Shown here piece after piece: positions 1 through 13,800 of a DNA stretch of 64,000 nt. Every line of letters starts with the position of its first letter. The stretch's first letter is position 1. The stretch is taken from positions 14,825,903 to 14,889,902 of the forward strand of contig CM082577.2 in the NCBI GenBank assembly GCA_040954595.2. Reading direction: 5' to 3'. The DNA is from Balanoglossus misakiensis. Its lineage: Eukaryota; Animalia; Hemichordata. The notes below the pieces were generated by a model. It made no database searches and was not told the origin of the DNA. It saw only the letters and a list, made by a program, of their open reading frames with translations. The translations under genes and the position numbers were made by a program.

Positions 1-1499
1 GCAGCATGTACACCTTTCCCCGGTATACTCTACAAATCAGTACAGTCCTACTGATGGATTTGGATACTGCAACTGTTGATGTGAGTAGCATAGACTGCAA
101 TGATACACTTTATATATGTAGCAATTCAGTTTGCAATTTCAATATCATAACGTCGCTATTTTCAAAAATTATCAAAATTATAATAATTTATTTTAATTTA
201 GCCTTAGGAGGGCGGGACTGGTTTGACAGAGTGAAAGAAATCATATTTCCACAACCAATACTTGCCTATTGACATCATATTTAGAATCAGCATCTCACAA
301 AACCCCCAAAACTTATGTTGCACGGACAGTTTTCATAAAGCTTACCCTTGGTTGCTATGGTGGCTGTGTTGCCATGGTAATCACTGTTTCAATATCAAAA
401 TGGTTTAATATCATAATTTTTTGCCCAAAGTTACCTCAAGTGTCCCAAAATACCAGTTAACATTCTCTTTTTGTTTAAATAACTCTTCCGTTGCTATGGA
501 AATAATGTTGCTGTCAGTTGCCATGGAAACACACATTTACAGTGATTATGTGCAAAAACTAACATTATATTTGAAATCAGCACTCAAAATTACCATCTGG
601 GGGGACAAATTTTCCATTTTCTTACATTACTGAATGAAATATAATTCAACTTCCTGTTTGTGGTATGGACTTAAAAAATATACAATATTTTACCTTTACA
701 TGTACATCAATTTTTACAATGGGTAATTTTTAGGCTTTCTGCAGATTTTGAGGTCCAATTTCACAATATTTCCAATAATACTTGCCTTTTGTACTGTTAA
801 ATATGAAGACTTGTTTCAGTTTTGAAGAAAAATCACTTTAAAATATCAAAATATAATTCAAATTCAATTTTATTCATTTTCAAAATCTTGAAATTGTTCA
901 AAATGGCAATTTTCACCGATTTTGTACGGAAAATATGCCGAAAATGGGAAACTTTTAAAAGCCATAACTTTTGAACACTTTGTCCGATGTCAAAATTCAA
1001 ACTGCATTTTGTTTCTTGTACAAATCTCTACAAAACTGACAGAAAATATGTGTTATACTTCTTTCCCTTCTTTTTCCTGTGACCCCCCTAATAATTCTTT
1101 ATTTAATTATTATTATATGCATTGTTGTATGCCAGCCGGCAGTGACATGGTAAAGAATTTGAACAATCAAAAGTAACCTTACGAGAGCGCTACGCAGTCT
1201 TGGAAGGCTGTTCCTGATTGGTTAGAATTTTGACAGCTCAATCTGCATGCTATCAACAACTGCGTTCAGTTTGTTTCACCTGTTATTGTATCCTTAACAC
1301 CTCCTTACAATAATTTACATTTGTCTATTTAGCATATCGCTCACAGTATTTGCATAACAATAAAACTCTTCTCGCGGATGTTCAGTTCGTTTATCGTTCT
1401 CATTACCCTACACACGCTCCTATTCTCTCTCTCCGCCATTTATATATTCACTAGCCCTAGATAGATTTTTTCTCGATTTTTTTTCTTAGTTTAGGATAA

Positions 1500-1760
1500 T
1501 TTATTATATTACTTAGTTTAGATTATTAGTTATAGTTAGGTATAGTATTAGTTTCTGTTAGTATTTAGTTGAATTATTAGTTTCTGGTAGTATTTAGTTA
1601 TAGTATTTAGTTATAGTATCACTATTAGTTTTTGTTAGTAATTATTTATAGTGTTAGTTCTTGTTAGTATTTAGTTAGAGTGTTAGTTCTTGTTAGTGTT
1701 TAGTTAGAGTGTTAGTTCTTAGAGTGTTCGTTCTTGTTGGTGTTTAGTTTAGCATTAGTT
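1500..1760. repeat. Degenerate TTAG-rich low-complexity minisatellite
   Basis: Repeated tagttagagtgttagttctt / tatttagttatag motifs. Confidence 0.6.
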
Positions 1761-2589
1761 TTCCTCGCCTTTGCAGACCCTGTGCCGAAGGAATGAAGTA
1801 AGTATAACTTTTATTGTTAATGATTTCTCGTTGTGTTAGCGTGCAACTGTCCTTAGGTTGCCGCCATTGTTCCGGCCTTTATCATGTGTTTCCGTTCGCG
1901 TTATATGGCCAACATTCGTCTTGTACCAAGAGAAACCATAAACAAGAAAGTTGTATAGAAAGAATGGCAGGGATTTTGTCGCGACAATTTACTATGTTTT
2001 CTGCTTGAGTTAGGCCTTCGTGTTGGAATAATGGCAACTAGGCATCTTCGAAATTGAGTGCAGCGAGACTGGGCCAAAACTCAAAAAAAAAATACCGAGT
2101 CAAACCAAAGCAATACACGGTACAAAGCAGTAAGTCGGACCAATTGACATCATAAGATTGTCAAGTTTTTTACCCTAAAAGGACCACCTCTATAATAACT
2201 CTGGTGTTGACAGTAGAACTAGGGCCTAATTATATGGCCTAAAATATTAGCGTCGAATGCAATCGAAAGTAAACAAAGTATTGAGCTACACCATTACCTG
2301 ATTACCCCTTGAATAGATCCACGTGGACAACAGTCAATTTGCCACATTTTTAGACAAATGAGCGAAATTCACTTTTCTGCTATTTACCACGTTTGAAATA
2401 TTTATGCTCTCGCTGAGCATTAGGCTATTTATTTTTATAGGTCAACGTCTATAATATCAATACTGTATCAAATATCAAGGTGATACACGCAGCGGTTTTC
2501 AAATTTTTGATGAGGACGGACATACAGACATCCATCCATCCATCCATACATACATACATACAGATGCAACCGATCCCATAAGGTCCCAT

Positions 2590-3657
2590 GGTATATATGG
2601 ATTTCCTGAAAATCGTTAAACAAGTCCTTCTCAAAAACTACTGGGCCGATCGAGTTCAAATTTTGTGTGCAGGTAGCCTACCTTCTGTCCATCATTTTAC
2701 ACTATTAAAATCATGACGTCACAGATACAGTTTTTTGGCTACAATTTTTTTTCTGAAAAACTACTTAAAACTTTAAAAAAAACTTCTTCTCCAGAACCAG
2801 CCGTTACCGAGTCACAGGATTTGGGATATGTGGTCACCTTACCTATGTCTATCAAGTTTGCGAAGAGCACTGAGAATGGTAGATCATTATGGCGGCCATG
2901 TTGGATTTTCGGAAAACCATTGAAAAGTGAAAATTCCGTTTTGTAGCCAAAATATTGACAGCATGGAAATTCTTTTTTTGGATATGGGTCATCATATCAC
3001 CGGAAGTTGTCACAATTTTTCAGGGCAATTTTCACATGACCTTTGACCCAGTTTTAAAACAACTAATTATATATGCATATTCCCTATACCTCCTCTTGTG
3101 AAAGCCCCACAGACATGAATTTTGTGGAGATGGGTACCAATGCTGCCAGGACATGACACATATTTTCAAATTGGTAATTTCGGCAATGACCTTTGACCTA
3201 TTTCTGAAACATCATTTTTCTGCATATCTAATTCCAGACTAACCAATAGGGCTAGAGGTCTGGTTTAAGTTTTACATGGCCCCCTATGGGGTCAAAATGT
3301 TATGCCCAAATTTTGGGTGACCTTGGGTGACCTTGGATCTACTTTCCCATATCGCAGCATCTACAGCAGTTTGAGTCCTGGCTTTTGGGGGGATGGAGCA
3401 CATAATGGATTTTTACACAATACCTCATTAATTATGTGCATACCTAATTCTAGGCGAACCAATAGGGCTAGGGGTCTGGTTTTTGTTGGACCCAGACTAG
3501 TAAGGGGTCCGATTTTTTTGCCCAAATATAGGGTGACCTCAGGTGTCCTTTGACCTACTTTCCCGTATCTTGGTATCCCCATCAGATACAGCCTTGGCAT
3601 TTGCTGGTTACCATGGGAACCGCTTGTGCCCCGCCAACGCTGCTTGCAGCTTTAATT
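2590..3657 (+). mobile_element. 5'-truncated Helentron-type non-autonomous element (HINE/DINE-like)
   Basis: Ends in subTIR gcttgtgccc, stem-loop gctgcttgcagc and tttaatt. Body closely similar to 35330-36539. Start is approximate. Confidence 0.7.
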
Positions 3658-4818
3658 AGGGCACAAGCCAAGCTGGCTTGTGCCCTATTGGTATTACTGG
3701 GGTTTTTCATCTTTTTTTTTTTTCTTGTGTAGTTTTTTTGCCCAACAGGATCTTGAAAATGGCTGAACCTACATATCTCAAACTTGGCACAATGGTGCAG
3801 GCCTATGAGAGCTGGTGCAGTACCTCTGTGAATGTTTAAATAGTCATGTTACCTGATGACCATATATGGGCAAAGTTTTCAAATGGGCCTAATTTGCATA
3901 TGAATGGAGATATCAAAATTCTTTTAGCGATTTTTGCAGACCATGTGGTCAGTGTCCTACATGCCAAATGTCAAGGCCGTGGGCCAAGTCTATTTGGAGA
4001 AGAAGATTTTTTATTTTTCATATTTTTGGACCCAGCCATAGGCCTATATTTTCTATAGTTAAGCTATGACGCTATGTCCACGTCGGCTGTGCAATGGTCC
4101 TGTACAGTGACTCTCTATTGGCCCGTGAGCAGAATGGGACCACAATAAAAGGCAAAATATTGGGCTCACCTGTAACACCTGCTTAACTCATTAATTATGT
4201 GCATACCTAATTCCAGGCTAACTAATACAGCTAGAGGTTTTGTTCTTGTGGGACATGGACCAGTATGGGATCAAACATTTTTGCCCACATTTTGGGTGAC
4301 CTCAGGTGTCCTTTGACCTACTTTCCTATATATTGGCATCCACAGCAGGTACAGACTTGGCGTTTGGAGGGTTGTGACTAAAATTGAAAAGACAAAATTG
4401 GGGGTCACCTGTGACACCTGCTTATCTCATTAATTATGTGCATACCTAATTCCACGCTAGCCAATAGGGCTAGAGGTTTGATTTTTGTTGAACATGGACC
4501 AGTATGGGGTTAAAATTTCTTGCCCAATTTTGGGTGACCTCAGGTGACCTTTGACCTACTTTACCATATCTCGGCAACCCACGCAGATACAGGCATTGCA
4601 TTTGGAGGCATGGAATTCCTAATGGAGCCTTATACTTTACCTCATTAATTATGTGCATATCTAATTCTAGGCGAGCCAATAGGGCTAGAGGTCTGGGTTT
4701 TGTTGGACCTGGACTAGTATGGGGATCAAAACTTTTTGCCCAAATTTTGGGCGACCACATTTGACCTTTGACCTTCGGCTTAAGCTTGTGCCCGTCATCG
4801 CTGCTTGCAGCTATATTT
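3658..4818 (+). mobile_element. Helentron-type non-autonomous element (HINE/DINE-like), full length
   Basis: 5' hairpin agggcacaagc..gcttgtgccct, T-rich tract, internal ~240-bp tandem modules, 3' gcttgtgccc plus gctgcttgcagc stem-loop. Head-to-tail with the previous copy. Confidence 0.75.
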
Positions 4819-4849
4819 ATCATTATTATCATACATGCACATTGTGAAC

Positions 4850-6551
4850 TAGCCCTGCGTACAGGTCTGTGTGTTCCCGGCGTTACACGGCCTCCACCCA
4901 CAGCCCTGCGAGGCGCCATAGAAAAAACTGGTGCTTCTGTGGTCCGGATCCGGACCGCAGCTTTTTCGGAAATCAACTTTGCCCAACGATCATAACGACA
5001 AATAACGCTCGTTTTTCTGAAGCTTTGTTGCACTTCCGCGTTTACCCGGAGAATGCCATACTGAAATACAACGAGTTTACCCATCAGCCACCGCGTCACA
5101 GGTCACCAGCCAGCTCGGATCTGGCAAACAAAAGAGCATCGGACCAAAATGTTTTCAATATATTTTAATACCGTAGTTAACGGGGAAAATATGTATACTT
5201 TTAGCTTTAAATAGTTGTATAAATTAATTAAATATTCTGTAATTATATTCGATGTGAAATAAATACAAAATAAACTAAACTAAAATGTTCAAAGCTTCTG
5301 ACATGTAATTTGGACATTTGATATCGGATACTTCTAGTAAAGTTAATTGATTTATGGTTTTATGGTAGTGTCTGTCTCTGTCTGGCTTTCTTAAGTGCTA
5401 ATTAAACGTCATTAACTTGCAAAATCCAATCATCCTTCGCTATACACTTTCAGTAGCCATGGAGGAATGCATTAATTGTGGTGTTAAATTTGCCCCCAAA
5501 CAAAAAACTCTACAAAGAAAATCTGTGGACGCAAAATTGCCCCACTCCAGCCAATCGGGCATAGAAGTTATTGAACGTGAATTTCATGTAAGCCTTACAC
5601 CAGGAAAACCACGATACTTGTGTTTGCCCTGTGCCAGAGTTCTGGCAAAGCTACACTCATCAGGCAAAAATGATGATGAGAGTAGCCGCACCTTTTCCGA
5701 CAGCATGAGCAAGCAAGCTCAGCTCTCGAAAAAAATGCCCGATGAGAGTTACAGGTCTCCAATTGGTCTTTCAGAAAAGAGAATGAAATTTGGTACACCA
5801 GTAAAGGGTGTAAGTAGAGTGAAACCTACTTCCAAGGTAAGATATTTCTTTTTAAAAATCACCATTATTAGCAGTATTCAGTTTATTAATTTACTATTTG
5901 ACCATTTTCTTCACTATTTTTGCACATTTTATTTAAATGCCATGAGGAAGACTTATGACATTTTACAGCCACAGTAATACTACCTTCTGATTGAAGAATT
6001 TTTACCAAATGTTAAGAAAATTGTGTTCATTTGTATATCGTCCCATCGACTTGGTTTAAAACAATCTTATATTTGCATTTGAATAAAAAGTGTTGAGAAA
6101 AATATAAAGACAGCCAGTAGTTTATGAATTTAAGATATTTTATCACTTATTTGAACATGAGTTTAAAACATTGAAATTTTTGTCCTGATGCATTAACTTT
6201 CAAGCCTTAAAACCTCACTATTTTCTTATTCTTATTAGATTATATCCAACCGTGGGAGTGCCGTTAAGAAACTGCTGAGATCCCAATATCTCCAGGCGTT
6301 TAACATCCTGGTCAAGAAAAGCAAACCAGCAAGAAATGCCATACTCAAAGTTGCAGCAAATATGATCAAAAAGGAAATGAGAGAGTACTCAAAAAAAGAA
6401 ACACCACTTGCCAAGCCTGTAACAGTTGAAAATTCGTCTTCTTTTAGTTGGGGAGATGTAATAAATCAACTAAAGAAGGAAGTTCCTGCAACATTTGCTT
6501 GCATTACGTCCATGGTGACAAGGCAAACAAAGCACGTAATCTTCTTTTACA
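4850..6551 (+). mobile_element. 5' fragment of a second AcademH-like transposon
   Basis: Terminus tagccctgcgtacaggtctgtgtg... is 37/39 identical to the 9-bp-TSD mini-element at 42423. Followed by a ZAD-like CxxC..CxxC ORF resembling the N-terminus of the transposase at 17984. No right end found. Confidence 0.55.
5459..6535 (+). pseudogene. N-terminal exons of an AcademH-like transposase (zinc-finger CxxC...CxxC plus FSW-containing exon), truncated
   Basis: Exon ~5459-5836 MEECINCG...YLCLPCARVL; exon ~6239-6535 ...SSFSWGDVINQLKKEVPATF, parallel to CVSWEKIINEWKERSPLL in the intact copy. GT/AG boundaries present. Confidence 0.5.
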
Positions 6552-6555
6552 TTAA

Positions 6556-7106
6556 AGGGGAAATCCGTCGTAGCTGATTTCTACATAATTTGGTAGCTTT
6601 GATGTCACTCTTTCAGAAAAAAAACGTATTCGCCATGTATAGGTCGCGCGATTTTTTACAAAATCTAGGGAAAGTTGGCAGAATTTCCAATATGGCGTTT
6701 ACCGTAATTTGAATCATGGGAAAAAAAGCGCCAGGACCAACTTCCGCCCACCTTAGTGTGGGTGATACCATTGGTCGATTGGTGTCACTGCGTCACAAGC
6801 TAAGCGTATTTGCATATTTTCCATGGGTTATAGCTCATGAAAACTGTCAATAGATGACAAATTTTCGACTTTGCTGATGATTGTTTATCAACTGATGCAA
6901 AGAACAAACAATAGCTATGAAAATACGCCTAGTCTGTCGCCAAGTGACACCTATTGGAAAATGGTATCACCCACACCATGGTGGGCGGAAGTTGGTCCTG
7001 GCGCTTTTTTTCCCATGATTCAAATTACAGTAAACGCCATATTGGAAATTCTGCCAACTTTCCCTAGATTTTGTAAAAAATCGCGCGACCTATACATGGC
7101 GAATAT
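6556..7106. mobile_element. Fold-back MITE with Kolobok-type TTAA|AGGGG start; right arm interrupted by a hAT element
   Basis: TTAA at 6552-6555. Inverted arms ~6627-6771 and ~6960-7105 are nearly identical. The right arm stops at the CAG of the hAT end. Confidence 0.6.
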
Positions 7107-8730
7107 CAGTGTTCGAAATAACGCCTGTCCGACAGTCCGAGACTGGTTGTTTTTCCACCGGACTGGTAGAAAAAAAAAGTTACCAGTCCGGCGGACAGGT
7201 TGAATTTAGCGTGGAGTTGACTTGTTTGCGGTATCGATCAATATCATAGACGTACGTGACCTCATCGCGACCCTAGCTGTCCCGGATAGCGCCGCCAACG
7301 ATATTTTTTAGATCATCCTCTGTTCATTAATTAAATTGATTAATTGCAAATAAAAGAAACAATCTGATTGGACAGAATGACGTATAACCTTGAAAATTAA
7401 CTAATCAAAGTACTTGATGTATGAGCTTCAAAGTAACCGCGCCATTCTGAGATTCTCCAATATAACACGGCAATACCGCGAGCGTGCACCGTGATTTTCT
7501 GGAATTATGCTGCCGAATTTTCTGGGCCTGCCAACTCTCCCAGCCAAACGGAAGACGCCAGAGGACGCCTTACATGCAAAAAGGGTGTACGATGCCACTA
7601 AACGTAAGAGGACAATTGTCCAATCATGGAAAATTGAATTCCAAGATTGGTTGGTAACGGACGACAGTGCGAGCGAGCAAAAATTGTATTGCAAATTATG
7701 CCCATTGCAAAGAAAAACCAACCCGTTGATAAATACAAAAAATACGCGTATGGTGCTTTCGTTAAAGGCTCAACAAACCTCCGACACGAAGCTCTGAAAA
7801 CTCACGAAACGTCAGAGGGGCATAAATATGCCAAGCAGTACCTGGATGCAAAAGCGGCTCCCCCGGGCGATTCGATAGCGGAAAGGACACTTCAGTCGAT
7901 GAACACGGCAACATTTGAGAAGCTTTCTAAGCTTTTCAGAAATGCCCATGCTTTGGCAAAGAAATCTCGACCTATCAGCGACTTCAAATGGCAGTGCACA
8001 CTCGATCAACAGAAAGGCGTGGATATTGGTCATACATATCATAACGACAAAAGTGCCCAACAATTTCTGATTGCCATATCAGATATCGAACGGTCCAAAA
8101 TTGAAAGTGAACTTTCTCAGGCACGTTACTGCAGTTTGCTGTCGGACGGCTCAACTGACGTGTCAGTCGTGGAAAATGAAATTGTGTATGTACACTTTGC
8201 CAGACGTGGCATACCCCACTGCTACTTTCTAGGGCTTATTGCCTGTGAGGTTGCAAATGCACAGGGCATTTATAGTGCCATAATGAAAGCACTGAACTTC
8301 CAAAACTTGGAAAAAACGGAAATCCAGAAAAAAGTTGTGGGGTTTGCTGGTGATGGAGCATCTGTGAATACTGGAAAAATCAATGGTGTCATTGCGCATA
8401 TGAGAAACCGGATTAGTCCTGCAATTGTCATGGTACAGTGTTTGTCTCACAGAGTTGAACTTGCCTTCAAAGATGCCATGAAGAAGGCACCTCTGTATTC
8501 AAAGGTATACAGCCTGATGGATGAATTGTTCAAGTTCTACCACGAAAGTGCTAAACAGAGTGCTGGGTTGAAGTCTTCATTTGAAGCACTAAACATCACA
8601 CCATGTACTCCAACTCGAGTGGGCGGAACACGCTGGCTTGGTCATACACTGACAGCTCTCAACAACATTTGGAAGGGATACACAGCCATTGTGAAGCATC
8701 TCAGTCAGGTAACAATAGTTATCAATATCT
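7107..8730 (+). mobile_element. hAT DNA transposon, 5' part
   Basis: Starts CAGTGTTCGAAATAACG with subterminal ccggac/gtccgg repeats, followed by a ZNF862-like hAT transposase. Right end not found. Confidence 0.75.
7507..8708 (+). pseudogene. hAT (ZNF862/TTF-type zinc finger) transposase, frameshifted near 7700 and 3'-truncated
   Basis: W..EF..WL, LYCKLC; LSDGSTD, AGDGASVNTG, CLSHRVEL, GTRWL motifs. Exon ends CAG|gtaac at 8708. Confidence 0.85.
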
Positions 8731-8734
8731 TATT

Positions 8735-9768
8735 TTTTATCTCATCGACAGGAATGTTCCCTTGTATGCTGTTCGAATTTTATATTACTGGTACAGAAAT
8801 CAATTGTTTACTGTGTTGTGGGGTAATGAAACCTCAGAGTTGTTTTCTGTTTCTAACGGTGTAAGACAAGGGGGAGTACTCTCTCCCTATCTTTTTAATG
8901 TCTACATTGATGATCTTATCAATGCACTCTGTAAAGCCAAAGTTGGCTGTACCATGTGTGGTGTCAGCGCTAACACTTTAGGTTACGCTGACGACATGAC
9001 TCTACTCAGTCCAAGTATTAAGGGTCTACGCCGTCTTCTTAGAATTTGTGAAATTTATGGCAAGGATTATGATATCATTTATAATTCTAGTAAAACTGTG
9101 TGCATGCTTTTTAATGGGAAGAATATGAGAGTTCAAAGAATTCCTTCGGTTAAACTTAATGACATCACTTTGAAGTTTGTACCTGTACACACCTATCTGG
9201 GCCATGTAATATCTTGTGATGGTTGTGATAATGAAGATATTGAACGACAGAGAAAAGCATTTTGCGTTAGAGCAAACATGCTATTGAAACATTTTCAACA
9301 TTGTAGTCAAGATGTGAAGAAAGTTTTATTTTTGGCATATTGTAGTAATATTTACTGTTGCAGTTTGTGGGCATCCTTTAAAGTTAAACCGATGAAAAAA
9401 TTTAAAACTATGTACAATAATGTTTGGAGAAGACTTCTCGGTCTTCCGCCATTTTGCAGTGCATCGGGTATGTTTGCTACAAACCATGTATTGTCACTTG
9501 GTGAAGTTTTTAGACGCAATATGTACAGTTTTAAGCGTAGACTGTTCATCAGATAGAGCGACTGACAGCATATTTTTCAAACATTGGCGAAAGCAATTGT
9601 ATATCATGTAATTTGGCAGAGGTTTTTTTTGGTGTGTGTGTGTCTCAGTTTCAGATTTTCCAGAGTATTTTCATTAGTGTTTTTTTTTTTTTTTTTTTTT
9701 TTTTTTCTTCTCTCTTTTGGGTATATGGACTTTTTTTAAAGTCTGAAATAAAGTATTATTATTATTAT
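8735..9768 (+). mobile_element. 5'-truncated non-LTR retrotransposon (RT C-terminus, RTEX-like) with AATAAA and (TAT)n tail
   Basis: GVRQGGVLSPYLFNVYIDDL, GYADD and YLGH RT motifs in ORF 8603-9556; tail ctgaaataaagtattattattattat. Clade assignment tentative. Confidence 0.85.
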
Positions 9769-10023
9769 CATAATGAATTGCCAAGTTTGTACATAGTGTA
9801 AATAGGATTAACTTTCCTCAGGAGAAGGTAAAAGTCCCGTAGCTCATTCGAGCGGGAACAGCCAGTGTGAGTGTTGCGCCCCACTCAGCTCTTTGCTCGA
9901 AGTTTTCTTCCCGCCTTCACCGGACGCCAGAATTTCTGATTTTCCTCTTTCCCGTTGGTTCTCCATCTGTGGTAAGACAGAGCAAGTTGACCCAGCGATC
10001 ATCAGCTCGGTGCCGTCGCTGAA

Positions 10024-10440
10024 GTGCAGACACCTGATGTTGAAGTGCAACTTTGGGCCGAGCAGAATGGCATCACATCATTGACACTTCACACCTTAGC
10101 CATCAACGGGTTTACTAACATGTCTTCGATGAAGCTTTTACACTACGAAGACTTCTTGTTACTGAAGATTTCGCCTCTCGCTCCACTTCGTTATCTGGAA
10201 GCTGCCCTGAAACTTTTGGCTGGCCAGCGTACCCCCACAACCAGCGAGGCAAGCAATGACAGACATGCTGACCAACAGAGGACGCCGTTCGATAAACAAC
10301 TCAACATGACGGCCTCCTGTTCTCCGAGTACCATCAGCGGGGCGACGGGATCATCAATGAAGACGGAAGACACCCAACCTCCAGACCGATCGGACAACCA
10401 CTCCAGCATTGGATATGAACGGAAAAAAGTCTTGTGGTAA
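10024..10440 (+). pseudogene. SAM-like domain ORF fragment, possibly ORF1/gag N-terminus of a tyrosine-recombinase retroelement
   Basis: WAEQNGI...L..NGF..MSSMKLL..EDF..LKI.PL pattern resembles a SAM domain. Origin is inference only. Confidence 0.35.
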
Positions 10441-10867
10441 TGTCAAGTTCTGTGGTAATGTCATTAATATTCGCATGTTTTTTTCCATGTGGTAACCACA
10501 GCATAAAAAAGTAAGCTGAATATGTAACACACATTAAAGGTCCCATGCCATGCCCTATACAACCACGCGTAAAATCACTATTTGGGTCTTGAAGTTAACG
10601 TATGTTACTATCTTGCAATGCGTTTTGCCCCTTGTGCTTAGATAACAAGCAAGTAAAAGTGGCGAGTGGGCGTGTACTCCTGACCCAACTCAGTCGAGTT
10701 TTTTCGGCTTTTCGAAGTTCAGTCGAAGGCTTATCTTGATGTGGACAAATAGTCTTTCACACCTTCGCAAATCCTCTGCCCGTAATGTGAAACAAGGGCT
10801 TCCTTTGCTTTGACCGTGTACACTTAGGGCAACTTCTCATTCAGTCTCCTACTATGGTCATGACACC

Positions 10868-13800
10868 ATGGTAAGACGTTGTTCTTTTGGAGGTTGCGCC
10901 AACAAAGGCAGTTCCGATGTCTCACTTTATAGTTTTCCATCAAATGTTTCTCAACGATCTCAGTGATCAGAGGCAGTCAAACAGACTCGGTCCGATTGGG
11001 ATGGTCCAAAGCCGTACAGCGTTGTTTGCAGCGAACACTTTCCGGAAGAGTCATTCCATCGCGGAAAGCAGAACGACGTTCTTACTCTAGCTCGCGCTTT
11101 TGTAGCCGATCAGTATGGCTACAAACGTCGACCCAAGTTGAAAAGCAACGCTGTACCCAGTCCGACAATTACAATATTGTCATCAGAAAATCAAACAGGT
11201 GAAGGAGGGGCCACTGATGTCATACTACTTCCAGAAATACCCGCTTTACGTTTAGATGACGGCATAGTTCACCCGGTAAGTAACGATGTGCCTCTTGGCT
11301 TATGTCTGGGTCAGTGTCATGCTGTTTCGCTTTTTTGAACAGGTTGTTTACAGAAATTGCATGCTTTCACAAATGTGGCTTTTTCCGAAATTTATTCCGA
11401 CTAGCCTAGAAAAATAATTCACGAGTCAGTAACGAGTGTATCACGAAATAGCCAAGGACAAGCGACAACGTTTACGGCTTTCGGGCAAAGATCGGGATCT
11501 GTCAGGGGAGGGGAAACCGGGCAGGGGAGTGGTGCGCTCTATCAAGCTTGCAGCGTCGAAAATACCTCGAGACATGACGGTGGTCGATCTGTAAGATTCA
11601 GCTGTTGATTTTAATTCCGCGATAAAAATGATGGTAGGCCTACTAATTTGGCTAGCATTGCGGAAACAAAATCTCACCCCGGTCATTCCTTGACTTCAAG
11701 TTCATTCGAATATGTTGTACTCAGCTAGTATGGTTTTCTTTTTACATGGAACGTTTATTCACTCAGAGAAGGTGCTAAAAGCCTCAACTGGTCTCTTTCA
11801 TCGGACACAATGTATTTTCGCCTTTCGAAGCATATACTATTGTTGCTACAGGAAATAAACCATGCACAGGCCTACGATTGACACGTCCCTTTGTGGGCCA
11901 ATGACAAACTAGTAGTGTATAGTATACAAGTTGTTACGCCGTATCCGTGACTGAATGGGGTCGAGTCAGTAGTTTGCGTCCTGTACGTGTTAGTTTATGA
12001 GTGGGCGATCGCTATCACGCGTTTACCGGAAGAGCAGTGTTGAAGGAACAGTTGAATATAAATGAAAATTTTAACCACAAGTACACCAAGAGGCCGTTTT
12101 ATTGAGTCAAATACATTATTATTATTATTATTTATTAAAATTATGATTTTATAAATAATTGTTTATTTCATTATTATTATTATTTCAGCAACTGTCGGCA
12201 GCTGGCAAAGTTCAATCAACTAATGCTACAACACAAACATCAACAATGACATCTACTGCATCTGCTCAAACGAACCCAGTGCACGTTATATCACAGGTTG
12301 GTCAGGTTAAAATTGTTCTTTCTCTTCTGAATGCATGCATGCACATATCTTACAAGTTTTTTTTATAAAATGCCACATCAATACAAATTTCCTTAAGCAG
12401 CATGATTTCCATTGCCACTTGTCTCAATTCCCTGTATCATAATTGTTTCCTTTCTTTCAGATTCAAACCACATCTGTCGCATGTCAAACTGTATCAGCTA
12501 GAAAATCAACCTCTTCTCAGACGATGAAGACACCAAGTAAATTGAAAAGTAAAGGTGAGTTTTGTAATTGCTGGTCATCTTTTTAGATAATTTGTCAATT
12601 TCCTGGTTTCGTATCATATGGAGTTGAAGATATAGTCCATTTGTATCATATCCACAATAATAGAAAGACTGTGGCTATTATGTACTGTATTTACTTTCAG
12701 GTCTCCAAGCAAACATCCAGTTCCCATCAAGAGAACAGGCTATTCAGTGTAAGATGAGTTCGCCCATTCCGACATATACATCCTCACCTGTCTGCAGTGA
12801 TATAGAAGTAGAGTCAGAAACTGATGATGATGACGACAGTGATGATGATGATGGCGACTATGATGATGATGATGACTACATGCCAAGCTATGAATCTATT
12901 GACATGACACATGTGACAGTAGAATCGTAAGTATAATTTAATATCCAAGATGAAGATCCTTTATGTTATATCGACGATTTATGAATCTAGTAGAAACCTC
13001 TACAACTAGACTTTCCTTGTGTTTTTCGTTTTCTGCATACTTCATGTTTATTATAATATCCTGTTCATTTTCCCCTTTCAGCTGTGAAACGGACAGTCCT
13101 CAATTTCAAAGGAAGTTTGTGGTATTTGAACCAAATCTGCTACAGTTATTCCAAAACTGCCCTGTTTGTCAAAATGCTACGGACAGTAGAATAAAGAAGC
13201 AGATCGGCTCATATATTGCAATCGGCCAAAGTTGTGAGAACTGCTCCTACACCAGGGAATGGGCTAGCCAACCGATGGTGAATAGTATTCCTGCTGGTAA
13301 CATTTTGTTATCAGCATCAATACTTTTTGCAGGGGCCTCACCAAGCAAAGTACTAAAGATGTTCAACCACTACATATGTTCGACCATTTCATTGAGGACA
13401 TACTTCAGGCACCAGGCATCATATCTGCATCCCACCATTCTTTCTGTATGGAACTCAAAACAGTCAAGACTGATAGAAGAAATGGCAGATTATTCTCCCA
13501 TAGTACTTGGAGGAGATGGGCGGGCTGACAGCCCAGGCCATTCTGCCAAATATGGCCTCTATACAGCCATGGAGCTGCAGACGAAGAAGATACTTGATCT
13601 ACAGCTTGTACAGGTAAGGACTTGTGACTCAATGAAATTAATAAAATAATGATAATTCTCCAGTTTATAACATGTAGAAGATTAAAAGTGAGCACACACA
13701 CATACGTTAGTCAAAGTACCCATATATGTTTGTTTGTTTGTTTGTTCTCTGCATTTATTCATTCATTCATTTATTTACTTTCATTATGTTTTAACCATCA

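Noticed and set aside
1-2450. Short ORFs and possible MITE ends at the window start
   Set aside because: No recognisable motifs, and partner termini are not visible, so no supportable call was made.
7647-9556. Overlapping hAT-RT fusion gene
   Set aside because: The overlap is read-through of the hAT intron into an independently inserted, 5'-truncated LINE.
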